Source: Candidatus Eiseniibacteriota bacterium | GTDB taxonomy: Bacteria > Orphanbacterota > Orphanbacteria > Orphanbacterales > Orphanbacteraceae | Assembly (NCBI GenBank): GCA_029262235.1 | Contig: JAJCZU010000002.1 | Location: 1,142,927-1,206,926 of the forward strand | DNA length: 64,000 nucleotides | Direction: 5' to 3' | Shown: positions 19,194-28,740 of the stretch, in pieces | Numbering within the stretch: the stretch's first letter is position 1 | Layout of the letters: every line of letters begins with the position of its first letter | Program-made: the position numbers and the translations under genes | The notes under the pieces: model-generated | Seen by the model: the letters and a program-made list of their open reading frames with translations, nothing else | Told to the model about the DNA's origin: nothing | Databases searched by the model: none

Positions 19194-20356
19194 TGCCGAG
19201 GAACGTCCTGATCGTCGCGGGAGAGGCCTCAGGGGATCTCTACGGCGCGGAACTGGCGCGCGAATTGAAGCGTATCGAACCTGATATCGTCCTCTGGGGA
19301 ACCGGCGGCGAGAAGATGGAACGGGAGGGAGTCGAACTTCTTTATACAACAAGAGAGTTCGCGGTTCTCGGATTCGCGGAAGTGTTCGCCCGGCTCCCTT
19401 TCTTTTTTCGCGCGATGAAACACATGAAACAACTCGTGCGCGAGAGACGACCGTCCGTGTTCGTCCCGATCGACTACCCCGGCTTCAACATGCGCCTCGC
19501 TCGTTTTGTTTCGGATGAACACCACCCGGTTGCCTATTTCGTAAGTCCCCAGATCTGGGCCTGGGGCTGGGGTCGCGTCCCGAAAATCCGCTCGATCGTG
19601 AGCCGCATGATCGTTACGTTTCCGTTCGAGGAAGACATTTATCGCAAAGAGAACATTCCGGTAACCTACGCAGGGCATCCGCTCATCGATCTCGCGAAGC
19701 CGGAACTCCCCGCCGCGGCGTTTCGCGCGAAGCTCGGGATCGAGGATGACCTCCCGATCATCGCGCTGTTCCCGGGCAGCCGGACACACGAGGTGGACTC
19801 ATTGCTTCCCGTAATGATGGAGGCCGTTTCTGTCATGCGTGCGAAGGGCGAGCGTTTTCACGCCGTTCTGGGGGCCGCGCCCACGGTTGACGACGCCGCG
19901 TACGATGCGATCCTGGGGGACGATGGCAGCTCCCCGATTCTCCGCGTTCGCGACGCGACGTACGACCTGCTCGCCGCCGCCCGCTTCGCGATTCTGGCGT
20001 CCGGCACGATGACCGTCGAGGCCGCGGTTCTTCGAACGCCGATGATTATCATCTATAAAGTAAAATTGCTGTCCTACCTGCTTGGCCGACTCCTCGTGCG
20101 CGTCAATCATATCGGTATGGTCAATATTCTCGCGGAGAAGCGTGTCGTGCCCGAACTCCTGCAGGGCGAAGCGAACGCGGAGAACGTCGTAAAGATCGCC
20201 GGCCGCTGGCTGCGGCACGACGACACTCTTTCGGAAATCCATACGGAACTCGATCGCGTACGCCTGCTTCTTGGCGGCGGCGGAGCTTCCCGCAGGGCGG
20301 CCGAAGCCGTCATCGCGGTTGCGGACACCCCGCGCGAAACGGACGGGACTTCGTGA
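19193..20356 (+). CDS. lpxB: lipid-A-disaccharide synthase
   Basis: LpxB-like (GT19) sequence; ATG at 19193 overlaps the upstream stop. Confidence 0.85.
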   Translation: MPRNVLIVAGEASGDLYGAELARELKRIEPDIVLWGTGGEKMEREGVELLYTTREFAVLGFAEVFARLPFFFRAMKHMKQLVRERRPSVFVPIDYPGFNMRLARFVSDEHHPVAYFVSPQIWAWGWGRVPKIRSIVSRMIVTFPFEEDIYRKENIPVTYAGHPLIDLAKPELPAAAFRAKLGIEDDLPIIALFPGSRTHEVDSLLPVMMEAVSVMRAKGERFHAVLGAAPTVDDAAYDAILGDDGSSPILRVRDATYDLLAAARFAILASGTMTVEAAVLRTPMIIIYKVKLLSYLLGRLLVRVNHIGMVNILAEKRVVPELLQGEANAENVVKIAGRWLRHDDTLSEIHTELDRVRLLLGGGGASRRAAEAVIAVADTPRETDGTS

Positions 20357-21030
20357 AACCCGTCGTGCGCACGATTCTGTTTTATGCCGGTACGCTTCTC
20401 GGCCCCTGGCTCATCCGCCTGCTCGGCGCCACGTGGCGTGTGCAGTGGGTCGGCGAGGAGAGCCACAAAGCGTGCCGCGCGGAAGGGCGGAACGTCATTC
20501 TCGCGATCTGGCACGGCCGGCTGCTTCCGCTTGCCTACACGCATCGCAGGCGCAACATTCAGATACTGATCAGCCGCCATCAGGACGGTGAGATCATCCG
20601 GCGTGTCACGAAGAGTCTCGGGAACGGCTCGGTGCGCGGGTCGACGGGCAAGGGAGGGGCGCGCGCGATTCTGCAGATGGCGAAGAGGGCGAAGGAGGGG
20701 TGCGACCTCGCGATCACTCCGGACGGGCCGCGCGGACCGCGTGAGGTTGCGCAGGCGGGCGTGCTTCGGATTGCGCAGCGCGCCGGTATCCCCGTCCTTC
20801 CGCTCACGAGCGCCTCGCGCACGAAGCGCGTCTTGTCGTCGTGGGACGGCTTCCAGATTCCGGCGCCGTTCACGCGCCTTGTCGTTGCGTACGGGACGCC
20901 GATCGAGATTCCGGACGACCTCGACGACACGCAGTTCGAGAGAGCGCGGCTGCAGGTCGAAAGCGCGATGCGGGATCTCACGGAAACAGCGGACCGCATT
21001 GCCGGAGGCGAGTCCGAGGCAGCACCATGA
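20353..21030 (+). CDS. DUF374 / lysophospholipid-acyltransferase-like protein
   Basis: 225 aa; small conserved protein of the type usually found between lpxB and kdtA; ATGA-type overlap on both sides. Confidence 0.65.
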   Translation: MKPVVRTILFYAGTLLGPWLIRLLGATWRVQWVGEESHKACRAEGRNVILAIWHGRLLPLAYTHRRRNIQILISRHQDGEIIRRVTKSLGNGSVRGSTGKGGARAILQMAKRAKEGCDLAITPDGPRGPREVAQAGVLRIAQRAGIPVLPLTSASRTKRVLSSWDGFQIPAPFTRLVVAYGTPIEIPDDLDDTQFERARLQVESAMRDLTETADRIAGGESEAAP

Positions 21031-22271
21031 CGGACGGCCTTTACCGTATCGCGACGACTATCGCCGATCCTCTTGCGCCGCTGATCGCCCGCCTGTTCGT
21101 GCGCGATCCCCGCGAACGAAACGAGCGGCTCGGACGATACGGCGCAGATTCGCTTCCCGCGCGCCCGCTCTGGATCCATGCAGCGTCGGCCGGCGAGATG
21201 ACGGGCGTCGAACCTGTGCTCGACGAAATCGCGCAACTTGCGGCGGCGCCGTCCGTGATCGTCAGCGCGACGACGAGAACCGGACGCGCACGCGCCGGAC
21301 AGTTCACGCAGCCCGCACGCGTTGTGTTCGCCCCCGCCGACTTTCCCGGATGCGTGAGGCGTGCCACCGGCGCTCTGGCGCCGCGCGCTCTTCTGCTGGT
21401 GGAAACGGAACTCTGGCCGAACCTGATTCGCGTCGCCCACGAAGCGGGGTTCCCGATCGCGATCGGGAACGGGAGAATCACGGCGCGCTCCCACAGTCGT
21501 ATGAAACGGGCCGGCGCCCTGTATCGAAACACGGTGTCCCGGCTTGCGGCCGTCGGATGCCAGACCGAGGACGATGCCGCGCGATTTCGTGAGTGGGGAG
21601 CGCAGCCGGACCGTGTATTCGTGCACGGCAACACGAAAGCCGACCAGAAGGCGCCATCGAGTGCTTCCCCGATCGCGCGACAGCCCGGAGAACGGTGGAT
21701 TCTTTTCGCCTCGATTCGCCCCGGTGAAGAACGTGCTGTTGCCGAGGCCATCGCAATAGTCGCGGGCAGGGATCGATCGGCGCGTTTCGTTGTCGGCCCG
21801 CGCCATCCCGATCGTTCCCCCTTTCTGCGAACCGCACACGATCACGGATTCCGTCGATGGAGTGAACTCAAGGAGGGCGCGGGCTCCGGAGAGGCGAGTC
21901 CCGAGCGGATCGTGCTCGACACGATCGGCGACCAGGCCTCGTTTTTCGGGGCGATGGATGCAGCCTTCATTGGCGGGTCGCTCGCGGATCACGGCGGCCA
22001 CAATCCACTCGAAGCCGCGCGGGTCGGAACGCCCGTACTGTTCGGTCCGCACATGCAGAACTGCCGTGACCTCGCCGACGCGCTCCTTGCAAGCGGAGGG
22101 GGACGCGAGATCCGGAACGGCACGGAGCTGGGCGAAACGATTCTGACATTGCTCCGGGACGATCCCGCGCGCGATGCCATGGCAGAGGGAGCACGTACCA
22201 TGTTCTCGTCGAACCGCGGCGCCTCTCGCCGACTCGTTCAGGAACTCGTGGCCCGGGAGGTGCTGGCGTGA
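21027..22271 (+). CDS. waaA: 3-deoxy-D-manno-octulosonic acid (Kdo) transferase
   Basis: KdtA-like sequence (WIHAASAGE...); ATG at 21027 overlaps the upstream stop. The ORF-track start at 20841 is rejected. Confidence 0.85.
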   Translation: MTDGLYRIATTIADPLAPLIARLFVRDPRERNERLGRYGADSLPARPLWIHAASAGEMTGVEPVLDEIAQLAAAPSVIVSATTRTGRARAGQFTQPARVVFAPADFPGCVRRATGALAPRALLLVETELWPNLIRVAHEAGFPIAIGNGRITARSHSRMKRAGALYRNTVSRLAAVGCQTEDDAARFREWGAQPDRVFVHGNTKADQKAPSSASPIARQPGERWILFASIRPGEERAVAEAIAIVAGRDRSARFVVGPRHPDRSPFLRTAHDHGFRRWSELKEGAGSGEASPERIVLDTIGDQASFFGAMDAAFIGGSLADHGGHNPLEAARVGTPVLFGPHMQNCRDLADALLASGGGREIRNGTELGETILTLLRDDPARDAMAEGARTMFSSNRGASRRLVQELVAREVLA

Positions 22272-23326
22272 AGCCGATCGGGGGAGTGGCGGGGCACGCG
22301 ATGAGCGCGATCTACGCGGCCGCCATTCGTATGCGACACACTCTGTACGACCGAGGGTTGCTGCCCGTTCGCACGCTTCCGGTTCCGGTCTGGAGCGTCG
22401 GCAATCTGACCGTGGGGGGAACGGGGAAGACACCGGTGACCGCATTTCTCGCGGCCGCGCTTCACGCGCTCGGCGAGCGCCCGGCGATTCTCTCGCGCGG
22501 CTATGGACGCCGGGACGAGGGAAAGCGCGTCGTTGTCCCGACGGACGAAGACGCGGGAAGACTCGACGCCGCGCTCTTCGGCGACGAGCCGATTCTTCTT
22601 CGCCGCCGTCTCCCCGACACTCCGATCATTCTGGACGCCGATCGATTCGGCGCGGGCGTTTACGCGTGCCGCGAGTACGAACCTGATCTCATTCTGCTCG
22701 ACGACGGCTTTCAGCATCGCAATCTCGCCCGCGCCCGCGAACTCCTCGTGCTGAACGGCGCCGCTCCCTTCGGAAACGGCCGCCTTCTTCCCGCGGGAAC
22801 ACTTAGAGAACCTGTGAGTCGCGGCCGCACGGCTGACTGGCACCTCGTGAACGAGACGGGCGGACTCTCGCCCGCATGCGAAGAGACGCTCGACTCCGCC
22901 GGTTTCCAAAGCCCGCGCGCCCGGTTTCGGTACGTGGCGAGCCGCGTCATTCTGCCGGACGGGGGCGAAGTGGATCCGTTACAATGGGGCACGCGCCCGG
23001 TACTGGCATGCAGCGGGATCGGCAATCCCGATTCTTTTCTGTCCCTTCTCCGGCGCTCTGACTTCCGTACCGCGGGTCATCGGACGTTCCGCGACCATCA
23101 CAGGTTCACGCAGAGCGAACTCGCGACCCTGTCCTCGGAAGCGCGCGCAGCAGGGGCCGATGTTCTGATGACGGAGAAGGACTGGCTCCGGATCCCGGAC
23201 AGCGCGAGACAGCGGTTCGCCGTTCACGCGTTGTCGGTCGATCTCGCGTGGACCGAGGGAGAGGATGCATTCCGTGCCTGGATAGCGGGCGCGCTGAAGG
23301 GAGATCGGTTTGGCGGCTCATCGTAG
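22268..23326 (+). CDS. lpxK: tetraacyldisaccharide 4'-kinase
   Basis: P-loop VGNLTVGGTGKTP; GTG start overlapping the kdtA stop. Confidence 0.85.
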   Translation: MKPIGGVAGHAMSAIYAAAIRMRHTLYDRGLLPVRTLPVPVWSVGNLTVGGTGKTPVTAFLAAALHALGERPAILSRGYGRRDEGKRVVVPTDEDAGRLDAALFGDEPILLRRRLPDTPIILDADRFGAGVYACREYEPDLILLDDGFQHRNLARARELLVLNGAAPFGNGRLLPAGTLREPVSRGRTADWHLVNETGGLSPACEETLDSAGFQSPRARFRYVASRVILPDGGEVDPLQWGTRPVLACSGIGNPDSFLSLLRRSDFRTAGHRTFRDHHRFTQSELATLSSEARAAGADVLMTEKDWLRIPDSARQRFAVHALSVDLAWTEGEDAFRAWIAGALKGDRFGGSS

Positions 23327-24926
23327 CGACTTTCTCGTCCTCGGCAGCGGGATCGCGGGCCTCGTGTTCGCGATCCGGGCCGCGAAGGCGGGTACGGTAT
23401 GCATCGTAACGAAAAAGCGCAGCCTCGAATCGAACACGAACTACGCGCAGGGCGGGATCGCGGCCGTACTCGACCCGAAGGACTCGTTCAAACTTCATGT
23501 CAAAGACACGCTGATCTGCGGCGAAGGGCTTTCCGATGAACGCTCCGTCCGCAAGATCGTGGAAGAGGGACCGGCGCTCGTGCGCGGGCTGGCCGAATGG
23601 GGCGTTCGCTTTTCGCAGACCGACGGGGAGTTCGACCTCGGCCGTGAAGGCGGCCATTCGAAGCGCCGGATCGCCCATGCGAAGGATACGACCGGGCGCG
23701 AAGTCGAGCGCGCGCTCCTCGCCGAAATCAAACGCCATCCCCGTATAAAAATGTTTGAGTATCATCATGCGTTCGAACTCGTGCGGAACGACCACGGCGA
23801 AATCTGGGGCGCGCATACACTCGACTTGTCGAACGGACGTCTCGCTACGTTTCTCGCCCGCAAAACGCTGCTCGGCACGGGAGGCGCAGGCAAAGTCTAC
23901 GTCTACACCACGAATCCCGATATCGCCTCCGGCGACGGCTTCGCGATGGCGTACCGCGCGGGCGCGCGGCTTTCGAACCTCGAGTTCGTGCAGTTCCATC
24001 CCACGTGCCTCTACCACCCGAAGGCGAAATCGTTCCTGATCTCCGAGGCGGTCCGCGGCGAAGGCGCGATCCTTCGCACACTCGACGGCAAGCCGTTCAT
24101 GCAGCGGTATCACAAGCTGAAAGATCTCGCCCCGCGCGATACCGTGGCACGCGCCATCGACCAGGAGATGAAAACCCGGGGAGAGCGCCACGTCCTTCTC
24201 GACCTGTCGAGCATGACAGCCGAACGGATCAAGAGCCGCTTCCCGAACATTCACAAGAAATGCTTTTCGCTCGGTATCGACATTACGAAAGAACCGATAC
24301 CCGTCGTCCCCGCGGCGCACTACATGTGCGGCGGCGTCAACACCGATCACAAGGGCCGCACTTCCGTTCCGCGGCTCTTCGCATGCGGCGAAGTCTCCCA
24401 CACGGGAGTGCACGGGGCGAACCGTCTCGCTTCGAACAGCCTGCTCGAAGCGCTCGTCTACTCGGTCAGCGCCGCGGAGGAAGCCACACGCACACTCGAC
24501 ACGGCTGCCTTCCCCGGCGTCTACACGAAACCGCCGAAGCGCCGCGTCGTAAAACGAAGCCGCGTGAGCATCAGCCACAACTGGGACGCGATCCGCAATC
24601 TCATGTGGGACTACGTCGGCATCGTCAGAAACGAAGTCTATCTTCGCAAGGCAGCGCAGAAGCTGGCGCCGATCCGGGCCGAGGTCGAGGAACTGTACGA
24701 ACGGCACGCGCTCATGGGCGACCTCGTGGAGCTTCGCAACATCGCCCTCGTCGGGGAGCTCATCATCAAGTGCGCGTCCCGTCGCAAGGAAAGTCGCGGA
24801 CTCCATTTCATGGAAGACTATCCGCGTCGCCTGAAGGGAAAGGCGAAGAATACGGTCGTCTTCAAGCGGGTGAAGAAAACCGGGGCGGCCGGCACTGCAG
24901 GAAAGAAGGGAGGAAGGCGCGCATGA
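23310..24926 (+). CDS. nadB: L-aspartate oxidase
   Basis: 538 aa; FAD-binding N-terminus (LVLGSGIAGL), fumarate-reductase/aspartate-oxidase flavoprotein family; TTG start. Confidence 0.8.
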   Translation: MAAHRSDFLVLGSGIAGLVFAIRAAKAGTVCIVTKKRSLESNTNYAQGGIAAVLDPKDSFKLHVKDTLICGEGLSDERSVRKIVEEGPALVRGLAEWGVRFSQTDGEFDLGREGGHSKRRIAHAKDTTGREVERALLAEIKRHPRIKMFEYHHAFELVRNDHGEIWGAHTLDLSNGRLATFLARKTLLGTGGAGKVYVYTTNPDIASGDGFAMAYRAGARLSNLEFVQFHPTCLYHPKAKSFLISEAVRGEGAILRTLDGKPFMQRYHKLKDLAPRDTVARAIDQEMKTRGERHVLLDLSSMTAERIKSRFPNIHKKCFSLGIDITKEPIPVVPAAHYMCGGVNTDHKGRTSVPRLFACGEVSHTGVHGANRLASNSLLEALVYSVSAAEEATRTLDTAAFPGVYTKPPKRRVVKRSRVSISHNWDAIRNLMWDYVGIVRNEVYLRKAAQKLAPIRAEVEELYERHALMGDLVELRNIALVGELIIKCASRRKESRGLHFMEDYPRRLKGKAKNTVVFKRVKKTGAAGTAGKKGGRRA

Positions 24927-25777
24927 CGGACGTGCTCGATCGACTTCCCGCCGTGGCCGGACGCTTCTACCCCTCGGACCCGGCGGAGCTTCGCGAAGAC
25001 ATCGCGGCGTTTCTCGCCGAAGCGGACGAGCAGGCCGAAGCGGACGCGGGCGCCAGAACCATCGCCATCGTTTCGCCGCACGCCGGATACGTTTTCTGCG
25101 GGGGAGTGGCCGCGCATTCCTATCGAGAAATCGTCGGCAAGTCGTTCGCACGCGTTGTCGTGCTCTCACCCGCGCACACGATGTCCGTTTCGGGTGTCGC
25201 GCTGCATCCCGCGGGATCGTTCCGCACGCCGCTCGGCACCGTGCCGATCGACGAGGCGGGAACCGCCGCGCTCCTCATGCGCGCGCCCGGGTTCTTTCAA
25301 ATCGACCCGGAACCGCACCGGCTCGAGCACGGAATCGAGACGCAGCTCCCGTTCCTGCAGCAATCACTCAAAGGCTCTTTCGCGCTCGTTCCTTTGATCA
25401 TCGGCGCCCACGACCTCGCGTTCGCGGAGCATCTCGCGCGGTATCTCTCCGAGACATTCGACGCAGAAGACACACTTTATATCGCCAGTTCCGACCTCTC
25501 TCACTTTCATCCGTACGAAATCGCCAATCAGATCGACGGCCTCCTGCTGGAGCTCCTCGAAGAAATGGATCTTGTAAAACTGTCACGCGGTCTCGAGCTC
25601 GGCGAGATCGAAGCTTGCGGAGCCGGCGCCATTTTGACCACGGCGCTTCTCGCACGCGAGCAGAGCGGTTCGCAATGCCGTTTCCTGCACTACGAGAATT
25701 CGGGCGATCGCGGCGGAGACCGGGATGAGGTGGTCGGCTACTCGTCGTTTGCATGGACCATGGGGGATGGCGAATGA
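24923..25777 (+). CDS. MEMO1-family protein (AmmeMemoRadiSam system protein B-like)
   Basis: About 284 aa starting MTDVLDRLPAVAGRFYP; ATG overlaps the nadB stop (ATGA). The longer ORF-track start at 24005 is rejected. Confidence 0.75.
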   Translation: MTDVLDRLPAVAGRFYPSDPAELREDIAAFLAEADEQAEADAGARTIAIVSPHAGYVFCGGVAAHSYREIVGKSFARVVVLSPAHTMSVSGVALHPAGSFRTPLGTVPIDEAGTAALLMRAPGFFQIDPEPHRLEHGIETQLPFLQQSLKGSFALVPLIIGAHDLAFAEHLARYLSETFDAEDTLYIASSDLSHFHPYEIANQIDGLLLELLEEMDLVKLSRGLELGEIEACGAGAILTTALLAREQSGSQCRFLHYENSGDRGGDRDEVVGYSSFAWTMGDGE

Positions 25778-26310
25778 TTCCGCCCGATGACAGGCGCACG
25801 CTGCTCCGTATCGCCGCAGAGGCGGTCGCGTCCGCGCTTCGGGGCGAAACGTACGAACCGGAGACTCCGCCCGAAGGCGCCCTTTGCGAGCGCCGGGGCG
25901 CTTTCGTGACACTCGAACGAAACTCCCTGCTTCGCGGCTGCATCGGGCGCATCGCGAGCGACGAGCCCCTCTACGCGCTCATCCCGCACATGGCGCACGA
26001 TGCGGCGTTTCGGGATCCGCGGTTTCCGCCGGTTACGGAAAAGGAACTCCCGCAGCTCTCGTTCGAAATTTCGGCGCTCGGCCCGCCGCGCGCGATCGCT
26101 GACCCCGAAGAGATCCGACTCGGGATCGACGGACTCATCGTGCGGCACGGATCGCGAACCGGACTGCTGCTCCCGCAGGTTGCGGAAACGTTCGGCTGGA
26201 CGAAGCGACAGTTCCTGGAAGAGACGTGTGAGAAGGCCGGACTTGCGCCCGCAATGTGGAGAGAAACCGCCACAGTGGAAGCATTCGAAGCGGAGGTTTG
26301 GAAATCATGA
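25774..26310 (+). CDS. AMMECR1-domain protein (AmmeMemoRadiSam system protein A-like)
   Basis: About 178 aa with an AMMECR1-like core (CERRGAFVTL...LRGCIG); ATG at 25774 overlaps the upstream stop. Confidence 0.75.
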   Translation: MIPPDDRRTLLRIAAEAVASALRGETYEPETPPEGALCERRGAFVTLERNSLLRGCIGRIASDEPLYALIPHMAHDAAFRDPRFPPVTEKELPQLSFEISALGPPRAIADPEEIRLGIDGLIVRHGSRTGLLLPQVAETFGWTKRQFLEETCEKAGLAPAMWRETATVEAFEAEVWKS

Positions 26311-27119
26311 CAGCACAGGACAGACCGATCGTCACGCTCCTGACGGACTTCGGCGAGGGCTCCTATGTCGCGAGCGTCAAGGGCGTGCTTCTCAGCATTA
26401 CGCGCTCGATACAAATCGTCGACATCACACACTCTCTCATGATGGGCGACGTGGGGCCGGCAGGGTACGTGCTCTCGAATACGTCACGCTATTTTCCCCC
26501 GGGCACCATTCATCTCGCTGTGGTTGACCCCGGTGTGGGCATGGATCGCCTGCCCCTGATCCTGCGCGCGGACGGCCATTATTATGTAGGGCCGGACAAC
26601 GGCCTTTTCGGTGAGGTACTCCGCACCGCGGTCGAAGTGAACGCGTTTCATGTCCGCGAGGAGAAGTGGCTGGCGCAGCGCATCAGCCCGACGTTTCACG
26701 GCCGCGACCTGTTTGCGCCGGTTGCGGCGCGGCTGGCGGGCGGCGCGGATCCGGGGGACCTGGGGGACGAAATCGCTCCGGCAGACCTGATCCCGTCCCC
26801 GATTCCGACGCCTGTGCGGACACGTGACGACCTCACGGGCCAGATCGTGTGGGCCGACAGCTTCGGCAATCTCATGACGAATCTCACGGAGAAGATGGTC
26901 GAGGAATGGTGCGGCGAAAATACGTATCAGGTCGTGCTCGGCTGGGAGCGGATTCGAAACCGGATCCGCACGTTCCAGGACACGAGCAAAGGGAGCCTCG
27001 CGTTTCTGTTCGGCAGCTGGAACACACTCGAGGTCGTGGTTTCCGAGGGAAGCGCGGCAACGCGGCTCGGCGTATCGATCGGCGAACCGGTTCGACTGGA
27101 GCGGGTTGTTGCCGGTTGA
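26307..27119 (+). CDS. SAM hydroxide adenosyltransferase / DUF62 (fluorinase-chlorinase fold SAM hydrolase)
   Basis: N-terminal IVTLLTDFGEGSYVASVKGV and YYVGPDNGLFG motifs characteristic of DUF62; ATG at 26307 overlaps the upstream stop. Confidence 0.7.
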   Translation: MTAQDRPIVTLLTDFGEGSYVASVKGVLLSITRSIQIVDITHSLMMGDVGPAGYVLSNTSRYFPPGTIHLAVVDPGVGMDRLPLILRADGHYYVGPDNGLFGEVLRTAVEVNAFHVREEKWLAQRISPTFHGRDLFAPVAARLAGGADPGDLGDEIAPADLIPSPIPTPVRTRDDLTGQIVWADSFGNLMTNLTEKMVEEWCGENTYQVVLGWERIRNRIRTFQDTSKGSLAFLFGSWNTLEVVVSEGSAATRLGVSIGEPVRLERVVAG

Positions 27120-28740
27120 CAACGTGACAATTCGCGTGGAGCCGGTCCCCGCCCTCACGCCGCCGCTCGTACGGCGCTACTGTGCCGGCGATTCCTCACT
27201 GACGCCGCTGTACGCGCACGCCCCGTTCGACGCCTCGCGTCCCCCCGTCTCACCTGCCGGGGGACGCGCTCTCGACGACGACGTCATCCAGCGCATGCTG
27301 AAGCTGAACCGTGAGACCGGCGCCTCCGCCCGCTCACTTGCCAACTGCGAAAAACTGCGCGACCCGGCCGTTCATGCCATGCTCGCGGGACAGCAGCCGG
27401 GACTGCTTCTCGGTCCGCTATTCGCTCTCTATAAGATTGTCACTCTGGTCGCCCGGTGCCGCGCCTGGGAAGCGCAGTCGGGCCAGTCGTACGTGCCCGT
27501 TTTCTGGATCGCGTCGCACGATGCGGACCTCGCGGAAATCGATCACGTCTATCTGCCGGGGCAGGGCGGGGAACCCGAAAAACTCCGCTACCCGTGGACC
27601 GAAGTTCCACGGCAGCAACTGAGCGCCTATGAGATCACCGATTCGGACTGGCGCGCGTTCACTGAAGCCCTGCGTGAACGATTGCCGGATAACGATTTTC
27701 GCGAGGACGCTCTCGCGCGCTTCACGCCATCCCGCTTTCCCGCATCTCCTACGCATGCGTTCGCAGAGGCCGTACATGCTCTGCTGCCGGACGCGGGGAT
27801 CGTATGCTTCGACGGACGCGATGCGGAAACATGCGAGGCGGGGCGTTCGTTTCTCGCACGCACGCTGCGGAACCCGGCGCGCACCCTCGCGTCATGGCGG
27901 GAGGGCGAGGAGACCGTGCGGAACGCGGGGATAGCGCCGCCGCTCGACCTTGCGGAATCGCGATTCCCGCTGTTCCTCGTGGAAAACAGCGTGCGCCATC
28001 CGCTGTCATGGAACGGTTCTCGATTCGAAACGTCGGCCGGGTCTTTCGAACCCGAGACACTGGCGAAGGGCGTGGAGGAGGGAACCCGGACGGTGTCTCC
28101 GAACGCGGGCCTGCGTCCGGTTCTGCAGGACCTGCTGTTCGCGACCGCGGCGACGATCGCCGGTCAGTCCGAACTCGCCTACCATCCGCAACTCGCCTCT
28201 CTCTATGAAAGCGCCGGAGTCGCGCGTCCGCTTCTCGTTCCGCGTGCGAGCCTTTCGCTCGTTCACTTTCGGGCCTACGACCAGCTCGCGGACTTCGGAC
28301 TTACGATCGCGGATCTCAGAGAATCCCCCGACACGGCACAGGAGGGAGCGGCCGGCGACGCACACGCGGCAAGCCGCAGCCGCTTTACGCAGACGATCGA
28401 GGACGCCTGGCGCCGGTTCGCGGAAGAAGTCGCGTCCGCGTCGGACACGAGCCCCGTCCCCGGCGCCGACGACACGGAGTCGCAGTTCCTGAAAGCCGCC
28501 GCGCGATCGGCGGACAAGTTCGTCAAGCAGGCCGACCGCGCCGGGGAAAACAGATCCCGCAAGATTCACAAGCTGACGCAGGAACTCGCACCGAAGGGCA
28601 CGGCGCAGGAATTCGTATGGTCGCTGCTTCCGTTTCTGGCGCGCTACGGACCGGACTTCGCGACCCGCATCGCAGAGGCTTTGCCTGAGGAATCGACCGA
28701 GCATATGATGATGACAGTAGACCCGAGAGGAGCATCATGA
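27106..28740 (+). CDS. bshC: putative bacillithiol biosynthesis cysteine-adding enzyme
   Basis: 544 aa with BshC-like N-terminal blocks (QQPGLLLGPLFALYK...PVFWIASHDAD); adjacent and coupled to bshA; start codon uncertain (TTG 27106 or GTG 27124). Confidence 0.6.
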   Translation: MLPVDNVTIRVEPVPALTPPLVRRYCAGDSSLTPLYAHAPFDASRPPVSPAGGRALDDDVIQRMLKLNRETGASARSLANCEKLRDPAVHAMLAGQQPGLLLGPLFALYKIVTLVARCRAWEAQSGQSYVPVFWIASHDADLAEIDHVYLPGQGGEPEKLRYPWTEVPRQQLSAYEITDSDWRAFTEALRERLPDNDFREDALARFTPSRFPASPTHAFAEAVHALLPDAGIVCFDGRDAETCEAGRSFLARTLRNPARTLASWREGEETVRNAGIAPPLDLAESRFPLFLVENSVRHPLSWNGSRFETSAGSFEPETLAKGVEEGTRTVSPNAGLRPVLQDLLFATAATIAGQSELAYHPQLASLYESAGVARPLLVPRASLSLVHFRAYDQLADFGLTIADLRESPDTAQEGAAGDAHAASRSRFTQTIEDAWRRFAEEVASASDTSPVPGADDTESQFLKAAARSADKFVKQADRAGENRSRKIHKLTQELAPKGTAQEFVWSLLPFLARYGPDFATRIAEALPEESTEHMMMTVDPRGAS

